A DNA stretch of 35,734 nt from an uncultured Leptospirales bacterium (GTDB lineage Bacteria; Spirochaetota; UBA4802; UBA5550): the NCBI GenBank assembly GCA_964438485.1, contig CAYTLM010000001.1, positions 1-35,734 of the forward strand, given 5' to 3'. Under the pieces are notes generated by a model that made no database searches, was not told the DNA's origin, and worked only from the letters and a program-made list of their open reading frames with translations. Below are positions 8,219-17,586 of this stretch, one piece after another. The number at the start of each line of letters is the position of its first letter. The stretch's first letter is position 1. Position numbers and translations under genes: made by a program.

Positions 8219-11037
8219 GAAAGAGATTAGCCTCTATACTTTTTTTACTTTTTATCTCTGTTTCTGTTTTTGCAGCTTTTGATTCAAAGGTAATGCTTAA
8301 CCAGGGTCTTGAAGCATTCAGAGCTGGTAATTATTCTTCAGCTGAACTTCTTTTTAGACGCACAGTTGAGTTCAACGATGACAACAGGGACAGAGCCTGG
8401 TTTTATCTTGCCCGCTCAATTTTTCAGCAGGGTAAATACAGCCCGGCTCTATTTGAATTTAATACTTTTTTAACAAAATGCCGCACAGAATCCCTTAGAA
8501 TAGAATCCAGGTTCTGGATGGGCGAGTCCTACTTTAACCTTAAACAGAATCTTAAAGCCATAGAAGAATATAAAAGATTTCTTGAAAAATCAAAGGATAC
8601 ACTCCTTATTGTAACTGGCCATGATCGAATAGGAACAATTTATTTTAACCAGCAAAGATATGAAGAAGCTGTAATTGAATGGGAAAATGCAATAAAAGAA
8701 AGTGAAGACAAGGAACAAAATGCCATACTTATATTAAAAATTGGGCAGGCATTCTTTGCCAATGGTGAATATGACAAAGCTCATGAAAGGCTTTACCCTT
8801 TAATTACATCAAGGATTGATTCAAAAAGTAAAGCAGAAATAAGAATAACATTGGGGCAGATTTTTCAGCACCAGGATGATCACAGGCAGGCACTTACGAT
8901 CTTCAATGCCATACCAAGAGATCTTGCAAACACCTATCCCTATTATGATATGTACTATTTCCGTGCACTCTCATATCTCAAGCTCGAAAGAATTGCCTCT
9001 GCAAAGGCAGACCTGGAACTTTTTTATATGATAGGTAAAAAATCGCCATACTACTATGATGGAATTTTTGAACTGGGACAGCTCCTTCTTGAAACAAATA
9101 AAACTGACAATGGCCTTGAACTGCTTGTTAAAGTCTGGGAGGAATCGGACAAAGATGAGCTGACTATTAAAAGCGGAATTATTCTTGCAGGCAATCTAAT
9201 AGAGAAAGACCCTGATAGAGCCATTCTTTATACTGAAAAATTTATAAAGATCGAAAATGAAGAGTCTAAAAAAGAATTATATATTCTTTTAAGCAGGGCA
9301 TATATTAAGGCAGGAAAAAACAATGAGGCAGAGGAACTTTTAAATCAATACGCAAAGCTTTTCCCCTATGACCTTAATATTGATGAGGTAAATTTTTACA
9401 GAGCAAGGATATTACTTGATAAGGGTGACACGGACAAGGCAGTAGAAATTTTTGAATCTATAAAAAAGGACAACCCCTTTTCAAAATTTTTAAATGAATC
9501 TGATTATTACCTTGGCCTTGTAAATTTTAAAAGGAATAAATTTCCCGAAGCAATAAATCATCTTAATAAATACCTTTCCAGAAAAGATGAAGTAGTCAAC
9601 AGGTATGAAGCTATTCTCCTTTTAATTGAAATACACATGCTAAATGGTGATACTGTATCAGCTGAAAAACAGGTTAAAACTCTTATCAATCAATATATTA
9701 CATATAAAAATGTTGATGAAGCTATTTATAACTTTGCATTAAAGTTGAATGAAAAAAAACCAGCATCAGCAAGGTCATATTTTTCAATAGTCTTGAACCA
9801 GTTCCCTGATTCTGAATATTCAATGCTTATAAATCTTCATTATGGCAATGAAGCCTTTGTTTCAGGAAACTATTCCAGGGCTATACCCTTTTATGAAAAA
9901 TTTTTAAACAGCAATGTAAGTAAAAACAGTGGTTTGGCCTTTTTTAATCTGATAAAATCATATTACAATATTTCCAATTTTGAAAAAGTCACGGAAATTA
10001 TTGGTAAAAGTAAAATTCCACCCCTTGATGAAACACAGTGGAAAGAAATTCCCCTTATTCACGCCAGAAGCTATTACAAAATGGAACAGCATTCAGATGT
10101 TTACAGAGTGCTTAAATGGGAGGATATTGTTCCATTCCCGGATGATGATGCATACATGTTTGTGGACAGTACAATTAAAACAGGTGATATAATAAACGCT
10201 GAAACTCTTGTTAATAAGATTAAAAATAGAAGTGCAGTTTATGGTAAATCCCTTGAACTCCTGGCAAATTATTATAAAGAAGAGAACAACTACCCAAAGG
10301 CAGAACAGCTGTTTATTGACATCCTTAATTCAGATACTTCAATTGATGTTAAAAACAGATCTAGAATTTCCTTAGCAGTAATTTTACGCGACAAGAGCAA
10401 TTTTACAGAATCAGATAAATACCTGAACCAGATTGAAGATGCTTCATTTTTTTCGGACAAGTATAGCCTTCTTATAGTTAATCTTTTTTTAAGCGGCAAT
10501 GAAAAAGCAGGTACAGAAGTTTCATCAAAAAGAATAGAAGAGGTTAAAAAAAGCAAATACAGGGAAGATGTGGTTAAGCTCAATATTCTTTACTACTACA
10601 ATGCTAAAGATTTAAAGCTCTTTAATTTTTATATATCCCTTTTACAAAAAAATAAGGATAACAACAACCTTGTTGAGTATCTCTCTGGAAGACTTGCCTA
10701 TGACACTGGGAATTTTAACAAAGCCTATTCTCATTTTAGCAAACTTTCCACCAGTGATAATGTATATAAAAGTGAATCAAACTATTATCTTGGGATGATA
10801 GGGCTTCTTTTTTATAAAAATCGCAACACTGCAATCCGGTTTTTTAACCGTGCAATTGAGGATGAAAACAGTAAAAGCGAATTTGTGCAAAAATCAAAGT
10901 TAAACCTTGCTGTTATATACAATGAAAGTAAAAATTATTCTCTTTCAAAACAGTTTCTCAATGAGATAATTAATGAATCTTCAAGAGGCAGATTTAAAAT
11001 TGAAGCAGAAAATCTATGGCACTATTTTAATTATTAA
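8215..11037 (+). CDS. Large secreted tetratricopeptide-repeat (TPR) protein
   Basis: 940 aa with signal peptide MRKRLASILFLLFISVSVFA/AF. It contains many ~34-aa helical repeats with the W/Y-x-L-G/A-x-x-Y/F...A...F/Y pattern. Its start overlaps the cinA stop (ATGA). Confidence 0.75.
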   Translation: MRKRLASILFLLFISVSVFAAFDSKVMLNQGLEAFRAGNYSSAELLFRRTVEFNDDNRDRAWFYLARSIFQQGKYSPALFEFNTFLTKCRTESLRIESRFWMGESYFNLKQNLKAIEEYKRFLEKSKDTLLIVTGHDRIGTIYFNQQRYEEAVIEWENAIKESEDKEQNAILILKIGQAFFANGEYDKAHERLYPLITSRIDSKSKAEIRITLGQIFQHQDDHRQALTIFNAIPRDLANTYPYYDMYYFRALSYLKLERIASAKADLELFYMIGKKSPYYYDGIFELGQLLLETNKTDNGLELLVKVWEESDKDELTIKSGIILAGNLIEKDPDRAILYTEKFIKIENEESKKELYILLSRAYIKAGKNNEAEELLNQYAKLFPYDLNIDEVNFYRARILLDKGDTDKAVEIFESIKKDNPFSKFLNESDYYLGLVNFKRNKFPEAINHLNKYLSRKDEVVNRYEAILLLIEIHMLNGDTVSAEKQVKTLINQYITYKNVDEAIYNFALKLNEKKPASARSYFSIVLNQFPDSEYSMLINLHYGNEAFVSGNYSRAIPFYEKFLNSNVSKNSGLAFFNLIKSYYNISNFEKVTEIIGKSKIPPLDETQWKEIPLIHARSYYKMEQHSDVYRVLKWEDIVPFPDDDAYMFVDSTIKTGDIINAETLVNKIKNRSAVYGKSLELLANYYKEENNYPKAEQLFIDILNSDTSIDVKNRSRISLAVILRDKSNFTESDKYLNQIEDASFFSDKYSLLIVNLFLSGNEKAGTEVSSKRIEEVKKSKYREDVVKLNILYYYNAKDLKLFNFYISLLQKNKDNNNLVEYLSGRLAYDTGNFNKAYSHFSKLSTSDNVYKSESNYYLGMIGLLFYKNRNTAIRFFNRAIEDENSKSEFVQKSKLNLAVIYNESKNYSLSKQFLNEIINESSRGRFKIEAENLWHYFNY

Positions 11038-11057
11038 CAAATACTTATGAGGCAACA

Positions 11058-12389
11058 ATGCAATTAGTAATATGTGGTTTTGGTTCTGCTGGCTATTCAG
11101 CAATGATGACATTCAAAAGGCTAAATCCTAAGGCCCAAATAACTGTTATTGATCCTAAAAAAAGCGACCTTGTTCATCCATGTGGACTCCCTTATGCTCT
11201 TGAAGGAGTTGTAGAAAAGGAATCTTTAGCACAGAACATTGACCTGTCCAGAATGGGTGTTGTAAAAAAAATGGGAAAGTGCACTGATATTTCTCCTTTA
11301 AATAAAATTGTAAAAATCAAGACTGATACTGGAATTGAAGAAATACAATATGATAAGCTTTTAATATCCACAGGATATAAAGCCCTTATGCCTCCTATTG
11401 AAAACCTGGAAAAACATATTGATAAATCACTTTTTACCCTTGCAGGGATTAATGACCTTGAAAAAATATCCTCCAGAATTAAAAATTCATCAAAAGCTGT
11501 TGTAATTGGAGCAGGTGCAATAGGGCTTGAAACAGCATTTGCCTTAAAAGCACATATAAATGAAGTGACAATTATTGAAATGCAAAATCAGATTCTTTTT
11601 AATACTCTTGATCCTGACATGTCTGCAATTGTCGAGGCCTTCCTTGCTTCAAATGAAATCAGGCTTGTAAAAGGAAGCGGTGCACGCAGATTCAATGGAG
11701 AAAATGAACTCTCTTCTGTTACATGCGACAACTGTGAAATTGAAGCAGACCTGGGTGTGCTTGCTTCAGGATTTGGTCCAAATATAGCAGCTCTAAAAAA
11801 TTCAGGTATTAAGGCAGAGGATCAGGGTATTATTGTTAACCGGTTTCTGGAAACATCGGAAAAAGATATATATGCAGCAGGGGATTGTATTTCAGGATGG
11901 TGGGTAATTGATGGATCTCCATCAAATGGCAAGCTGGCAACATCTGCCTATAAACAGGGGGCTGTTGCAGCAATGAATATGATGGGAAAAGAAACGAACT
12001 ACAAGGGTAGTGCTGGTACTTTTGTTACTAAAATAGGACCTCTTGAAATTGCAGGTACTGGATTTACATCTGAAACTGCTCTTAAAAAAGGATACGAACC
12101 AGTATCAGGGAAAATCACATCTCATATTCTACCTGAATATTTTCCGGATAATCCGCAGATTACAATAAAAATTATTTTTGATGGCAACACGGGTAAAATT
12201 CTTGGAGGCCAGGCAATTGGTGAAAAGGGTGCTGCTGAAAGAATAAATATAATAAGCACTGCAATTGAATTTAATATATCCATAGAGGAGATTGGGAGAA
12301 CAGAGCTTGCCTACTGTCCTGCTGTTAGTGAAGTATATGACCCTCTTTTGCGTGCAATAGATTTTGGCTTAAGGAGAATGAAAAAATAA
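11058..12389 (+). CDS. FAD-dependent pyridine-nucleotide-disulfide oxidoreductase of the single-cysteine NADH oxidase / NADH peroxidase / CoA-disulfide reductase type
   Basis: N-terminal GFGSAG dinucleotide fold. A single redox Cys sits at residue 42 in VHPCGLPY (compare SxxCGLPY in CoADR/Nox). Second Rossmann motif VVIGAGAIGLETAFAL, plus AAGDC and a C-terminal dimerisation domain. No CxxxxC disulfide as in lipoamide dehydrogenase. Its stop overlaps the gcvT start (TAATG). Confidence 0.8.
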   Translation: MQLVICGFGSAGYSAMMTFKRLNPKAQITVIDPKKSDLVHPCGLPYALEGVVEKESLAQNIDLSRMGVVKKMGKCTDISPLNKIVKIKTDTGIEEIQYDKLLISTGYKALMPPIENLEKHIDKSLFTLAGINDLEKISSRIKNSSKAVVIGAGAIGLETAFALKAHINEVTIIEMQNQILFNTLDPDMSAIVEAFLASNEIRLVKGSGARRFNGENELSSVTCDNCEIEADLGVLASGFGPNIAALKNSGIKAEDQGIIVNRFLETSEKDIYAAGDCISGWWVIDGSPSNGKLATSAYKQGAVAAMNMMGKETNYKGSAGTFVTKIGPLEIAGTGFTSETALKKGYEPVSGKITSHILPEYFPDNPQITIKIIFDGNTGKILGGQAIGEKGAAERINIISTAIEFNISIEEIGRTELAYCPAVSEVYDPLLRAIDFGLRRMKK

Positions 12390-13480
12390 TGAAAAGGACA
12401 CCCCTTTACAATGCTCACCTGAAACTTGGTGCTAAAATTGCAGAATTTGCAGGATACGATATGCCCATTCAGTACACTTCAATTCTTGAAGAGCATGAGG
12501 CAGTGCGAACCAGAGCCGGATTATTTGACGTATCTCATATGGGGGAATTTCTGGTAAAAGGTACTAATGCAGAAAAGTATTTAAAATTGTTGATTCCAAC
12601 CAGCACAGATAAATTTGAAAAAGGGAAAGGTACATACACCTGTTTTTGTAATGAGGCAGGAACAGTGATTGACGACCTTTTTATATTTATGATTGATAAG
12701 GATAATTACTATCTTGTTGTAAATGCAGGTACAAAGGACAAGGATTATGAATGGCTAAAAAGTCATCTTATAGAAGGTGTTGAGGTGACAAACCTTTCTG
12801 ACTCTACAGCTAAAATAGATATTCAGGGGCCTGAATCAAAAAATATACTGAAAGAAATTTTTTCTTCTGACAAGCTTGATAATCTCCCCAGATTTTATTT
12901 TTATTATGATATATTTAATGAATCAGAAATAATGATCTCCAATACAGGTTACACTGGTGGAGCAGGATATGAATTATATATTAACAATGATTCTGCTGAA
13001 AAGCTCTGGAATATCTGCCTGGAAAAAGGGGAGAAGTATGGGATTAAACCAGCAGGACTTGGTGCAAGGGACACCTTGAGGCTTGAAGCCTGTTATTCCC
13101 TTTATGGCCATGAAATTAGTGAGGACATAAATCCTCTTGAAGCAGGGTTATCATGGCTCATAAGTTCAGACGCTGACTATATTGGAAAAAAATCACTTGC
13201 AGATTTAAAAGCAAAAGGTGCTTTAAGAAAGCAGATTTGTATTGAAATGACAGAAAGAGGAATTCCCAGGGAAAACTGTGATGTACAGTTTGGCGGGGAA
13301 ATAATCGGGAGTATAACAAGCGGTGCCTATTCTCCAACATTAAGAAAGGGAATAGCCCTTGCTCTTGTAGAAAAGGAAAAAGTTTATGTAGGGGATAGTG
13401 TAGAAATAATAATAAGGGATAAACCTGTTCAAGGAATCGTTGTAAAACGCCCTTTTTATCAATTTAACAGCCAGGATTAA
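12389..13480 (+). CDS. gcvT: Glycine cleavage system T protein (aminomethyltransferase)
   Basis: MKRTPLYNAHLKLGAKIAEFAGYDMPIQYTSILEEHEAVRTRAGLFDVSHMGEF is the canonical GcvT N-terminus. Length is 363 aa. Confidence 0.95.
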   Translation: MKRTPLYNAHLKLGAKIAEFAGYDMPIQYTSILEEHEAVRTRAGLFDVSHMGEFLVKGTNAEKYLKLLIPTSTDKFEKGKGTYTCFCNEAGTVIDDLFIFMIDKDNYYLVVNAGTKDKDYEWLKSHLIEGVEVTNLSDSTAKIDIQGPESKNILKEIFSSDKLDNLPRFYFYYDIFNESEIMISNTGYTGGAGYELYINNDSAEKLWNICLEKGEKYGIKPAGLGARDTLRLEACYSLYGHEISEDINPLEAGLSWLISSDADYIGKKSLADLKAKGALRKQICIEMTERGIPRENCDVQFGGEIIGSITSGAYSPTLRKGIALALVEKEKVYVGDSVEIIIRDKPVQGIVVKRPFYQFNSQD

Positions 13481-13518
13481 CTTTAAAAATAAACAACTAT
13501 TATTCATGGAGGCTCACA

Positions 13519-13935
13519 ATGGGAGACACAGAAAAAGGGACAAAGGTACCATCAGAATTAAAGTATTCTGAGGATCACGAATGGATTATGCTTAATGATG
13601 ATAATACTGGCCTTTGCGGTATAACAGATCATGCTCAGCACAATCTGGGAGATATAGTATTTGTTGAATTTATGGATAGCATTTTAAATGCTGAAATAGA
13701 AAAAAATGATACAGTTGCAATAGTTGAATCTCCTAAAGCAGCTTCTGATATTTATTCACCGGTTGCTGGTACAGTTACAGATATTAACAGAGACCTGGAA
13801 GACTCACCTGAGATGATCAACAAAGACCCATACGGGAAAGGGTGGATTTTCAAAATAACAGTTAAAAACATGGGAGACTTTGATGCTCTTATGAATGCAG
13901 ATCAATACATGGATTATATAAAAGCAGAGGCCTGA
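13519..13935 (+). CDS. gcvH: Glycine cleavage system H protein (lipoyl carrier)
   Basis: Contains YSEDHEWI, GITDHAQ..LGDIVFVE and the lipoyl-lysine region VESPKAASDIYSPVAG. Good RBS (GGAGG) upstream. Confidence 0.93.
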   Translation: MGDTEKGTKVPSELKYSEDHEWIMLNDDNTGLCGITDHAQHNLGDIVFVEFMDSILNAEIEKNDTVAIVESPKAASDIYSPVAGTVTDINRDLEDSPEMINKDPYGKGWIFKITVKNMGDFDALMNADQYMDYIKAEA

Positions 13936-13937
13936 TT

Positions 13938-15260
13938 ATGAGTTTTATAAGCCTGACAGATGATGACAGAAAAAAAATGTTCGCTGAAATAGGGATCAGC
14001 TCTGTTGATGAATTATTCAAAGATATTCCAGATTCTATAAAAATCAGTGAATTATCCGGGCTCCCATCTGCAGCTTCTGAAATTGAGATTTCCCGTATAA
14101 TTGAAAACATAGAAAAAAAGAACTGCACTGATCATGAATCTTTTATTGGAGCAGGTGCTTACAATCACTATATACCAGCAGTTGTGGATGAAATAGCATC
14201 AAGATCAGAGTTTTATACAGCCTATACCCCATACCAGCCTGAAGTTAGCCAGGGCACCCTTGCTGTTATGTTCGAGTTCCAGACAATGATGAGCAGGCTC
14301 ACTGGCCTGGATATAACCAATGCAAGCATGTATGATGGTGCCACAGCACTGGCAGAATCTGCTATTATGTCAGTCCGTGATAATGGGCTAAAAGATATTC
14401 TTGTAAGCAATGCCCTTAATCCACTTTACAGAGAAGTGCTTGAAACATATGCCTGGTCAGGCGGATTTAATATCATATATATAGAATGCAAAGATGGGGC
14501 AACAGACTCTGCATTGCTGAAAAAAATGATGAATGAAAATACAGGAGCTGTTGTGATTCAAAGCCCTAACTTTTTTGGATGTATTGAAGATGTTGATGAA
14601 TTTTCAGAATTGACTGATGGAAGTAAAACCAATTTAATTGCAGTAGTAACAGAGGCAATGAGCCTTGCACTTTTAAAACCTCCAGGACAATGCGGAGCTG
14701 ATATTGTATGTGGAGAATCCCAGAGCTTTGGAAATTACCTGAACTGCGGAGGGCCCTATGTTGGATATATTTCTGCTAAAAACAGGTTTGCCCGTAAAAT
14801 GCCAGGCCGCCTTGTTGGGAAAACAGAGGATGCAGATGGAGAAATGGCCTTTGCACTAACGCTCCAGACAAGGGAACAGCATATAAGAAGAGAAAAGGCC
14901 ACATCCAATATATGCACTAACCAGGGTCTTGTGGCTTTAAGAAGTACTGTTTATCTTAGCCTTTTGGGAAACAGGGTAAAAAAAATTGCCAATCTCAATC
15001 ATAAAATGGCCAGATACATGGAAAACAGACTTAAAGAAAAGGGAATAGAAAGGCTTTTCACCAGACCTTTTTTCAATGAGTTTGTTATAAGAATTCCTGA
15101 TGCAGAGAAAACATACACCAGGCTTAAAAACTCAGGAATAATTGCAGGTGTTAAAATTCAAAAATATTATCCAGAGCTTGAGCAAGGCCTGCTTGTATGT
15201 GTAACAGAGATGAATACCAGAGAGAGCATTGACCGCTATGTTTCAATCATTGCAGGTTGA
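13938..15260 (+). CDS. gcvPA: Glycine dehydrogenase (decarboxylating) subunit 1
   Basis: 440 aa. FIGAGAYNHYIPAVVDEI, YTAYTPYQPEVSQGTL and EFQTMMSRLTGLDITNASMYDG are typical of the split P-protein alpha subunit. Confidence 0.93.
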   Translation: MSFISLTDDDRKKMFAEIGISSVDELFKDIPDSIKISELSGLPSAASEIEISRIIENIEKKNCTDHESFIGAGAYNHYIPAVVDEIASRSEFYTAYTPYQPEVSQGTLAVMFEFQTMMSRLTGLDITNASMYDGATALAESAIMSVRDNGLKDILVSNALNPLYREVLETYAWSGGFNIIYIECKDGATDSALLKKMMNENTGAVVIQSPNFFGCIEDVDEFSELTDGSKTNLIAVVTEAMSLALLKPPGQCGADIVCGESQSFGNYLNCGGPYVGYISAKNRFARKMPGRLVGKTEDADGEMAFALTLQTREQHIRREKATSNICTNQGLVALRSTVYLSLLGNRVKKIANLNHKMARYMENRLKEKGIERLFTRPFFNEFVIRIPDAEKTYTRLKNSGIIAGVKIQKYYPELEQGLLVCVTEMNTRESIDRYVSIIAG

Positions 15261-15301
15261 AGTAAATTAAAGTTTATGAGTATTTGAAAAAAGGTAAAAT
15301 T

Positions 15302-16726
15302 ATGAAACTTATATTCCAGCATAGCAGCAAGGGACAAAATAAATATAAAATTCCGGATTTTGATTTTGCAGTAGAAAGCGAAATACCCGATAAACTTCTT
15401 CGTAATGATGATCCATTTCCTGATGTTGCAGAACCTGAAGTTGTAAGACACTACAACAATCTTTCAAAAATGAACTTTGGTGTAGATAATGGCATGTATC
15501 CACTTGGAAGCTGCACAATGAAATATAATCCAAAAATCAATGAGCGTCTTGCACGCACGACGGGTTTTTCAGGGCTTCATCCTCTCTTGGATGAGTCCTG
15601 TACACAGGGTGCTTTTCAGGTAATGTATGAGCTGTCAGATTACCTGTGCAGAATTACCGGTTTTTCACAATTTACATTAGCACCTGCAGCCGGGTCTCAC
15701 GGTGAACTAACAGGTGTTATGATAATAAAAAAATTTTTTGAAAGCATAGATGAAAAAAGGGATACTATCCTTATTCCTGATTCAGCTCATGGTACTAACC
15801 CTGCAACTGTAGCAATGTGCGGATTTAAAATAAAGGAAGTGCCATCAGACAAAGATGGAAATGTTGATGTTGAACAACTAAAAGGAATGCTTGATGAAAA
15901 TGTAGCAGCAATGATGCTCACAAGCCCCAATACCCTTGGTCTTTTTGATATTAATATTTTAACCATTTCAAAAATGCTTCATGAAAACGGCTCCCTTTTT
16001 TACGGAGATGGTGCCAATCTGAATGCTACCATGGGCAAGACCCGGTTTAAAGACATGGGATTTGACATGATGCATATTAATCTGCATAAAACATTTTCCA
16101 CACCACATGGGGGAGGGGGACCTGGTTCCGGACCATTAGGAGTAACTGCCAAACTGGCAAAATTTTTACCCATTCCCAGGATAGAAAAAATTGAGGATAG
16201 CTATAAATTAAGTTTTGATAATGAAGAAAGCATTGGAAGAGTTCATTCTTTTTATGGGAACTTTGGAGTCTATTTAAAGGCCTATATTTACATAAGAATG
16301 CTTGGCTCTGAAGGAATAATGGAAGCTTCTGAAACTGCTGTGCTTAATGCTAATTACCTTATGGCAAGATTAAAAAAAGTATATAATCTCCCGATTGAAA
16401 GAACATCTATGCACGAATTTGTTTTAAATGATAAGGGAATACCTAATGGCATAACAACAAATGAAATAGCCAAAAGGGTTCTGGACCATGGATTTCATGC
16501 ACCTACAGTTTATTTTCCTTTGCTCATAAACGGAGCAATGATGATAGAGCCTACAGAAACTGAAAGCCTTGAATCCCTGGACAGGTTTGTTGATGCTATG
16601 ATTAAAATACACAGGGAGTGTGATGACAACCCTGAAATTGTTCTGTCAGCTCCTGTAACGACTCCTGTAAAAAGAGTAGACACTGTACTTGCTGCTAAAA
16701 AACCTGTTTTAACATGGGACCAGTGA
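15302..16726 (+). CDS. gcvPB: Glycine dehydrogenase (decarboxylating) subunit 2 (PLP-binding)
   Basis: Contains LGSCTMKYNPK and HINLHKTFSTPHGGGGPGSGP (PLP-lysine region). The ORF opens at a TTG at 15284, but the ATG at 15302 (MKLIFQ...) preceded by AAAGG is the more likely start. Confidence 0.92.
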   Translation: MKLIFQHSSKGQNKYKIPDFDFAVESEIPDKLLRNDDPFPDVAEPEVVRHYNNLSKMNFGVDNGMYPLGSCTMKYNPKINERLARTTGFSGLHPLLDESCTQGAFQVMYELSDYLCRITGFSQFTLAPAAGSHGELTGVMIIKKFFESIDEKRDTILIPDSAHGTNPATVAMCGFKIKEVPSDKDGNVDVEQLKGMLDENVAAMMLTSPNTLGLFDINILTISKMLHENGSLFYGDGANLNATMGKTRFKDMGFDMMHINLHKTFSTPHGGGGPGSGPLGVTAKLAKFLPIPRIEKIEDSYKLSFDNEESIGRVHSFYGNFGVYLKAYIYIRMLGSEGIMEASETAVLNANYLMARLKKVYNLPIERTSMHEFVLNDKGIPNGITTNEIAKRVLDHGFHAPTVYFPLLINGAMMIEPTETESLESLDRFVDAMIKIHRECDDNPEIVLSAPVTTPVKRVDTVLAAKKPVLTWDQ

Positions 16727-17586
16727 AGAGAATCCCTGAATGGATTAAGTACAACATTCCCGGGGGAGTGAATTATGGGAATGTTAAAACAGTTCTCAAA
16801 GATGAGAAGCTCCACACAATATGCGTTGAAGCAAAATGCCCAAATATTGCTGAATGCTTTAATCAGGGCACAGCAACATTTTTAATACTTGGTGATACCT
16901 GTACAAGAAACTGCCGCTACTGCTCAGTTAAAAAAGGCCTGCCACTAAAACCCGATCCTCATGAACCGGAAAATATTGTATCAGCCATATCCAGGCTCAA
17001 ATTAAAATATTCTGTTATAACCTCTGTGACCAGGGATGACCTGCAGGATGGAGGTGCATCCTTTTTCAGCGCTATATGCAAGGGAGTTAAAGAAAGCTCT
17101 TCAGATACAGGGGTAGAGCTTCTGGTGCCTGATTTCAAGGGAAGCATGGAAACTTCAATTGATATTGTTGCTGAAGCAAAACCGGATGTCCTTAACCATA
17201 ATATAGAAACTGTTAAAAATAAATTTTATGAACTAAGACCATTAGGGAACTATGCTCTTTCAATGAAACTTTTAAAATACGCCTTCAACAAAAAACTATA
17301 TGTTAAATCCGGGCTTATGATTGGATTTGGAGAATCAATAGATGATATTAAAAGTACTCTTAATGAGCTGGCAGATACAGGCTGTTCAATTGTTACAATA
17401 GGCCAATACCTTAAGTCACATAAAAACAATTATGATGTTGAGAAATATTATCACCCTGACGAATTTCTGGAAATTGAAAAATACGCCCTGGAAGCAGGTA
17501 TTAAAAAAGCTTTATCCGGACCCCTGGTCAGAAGTTCCTACAGAGCAATGGATATTTACCTTGAGCTTAAAACAGAGACAGAGTGA
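16714..17586 (+). CDS. lipA: Lipoyl synthase (radical SAM)
   Basis: LHTICVEAKCPNIAECFNQGTATFLILGDTCTRNCRYCSV contains both Cys clusters (CxxxxCxxxxxC and CxxxCxxC). It overlaps the gcvPB end by 13 nt. Confidence 0.93.
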   Translation: MGPVKRIPEWIKYNIPGGVNYGNVKTVLKDEKLHTICVEAKCPNIAECFNQGTATFLILGDTCTRNCRYCSVKKGLPLKPDPHEPENIVSAISRLKLKYSVITSVTRDDLQDGGASFFSAICKGVKESSSDTGVELLVPDFKGSMETSIDIVAEAKPDVLNHNIETVKNKFYELRPLGNYALSMKLLKYAFNKKLYVKSGLMIGFGESIDDIKSTLNELADTGCSIVTIGQYLKSHKNNYDVEKYYHPDEFLEIEKYALEAGIKKALSGPLVRSSYRAMDIYLELKTETE

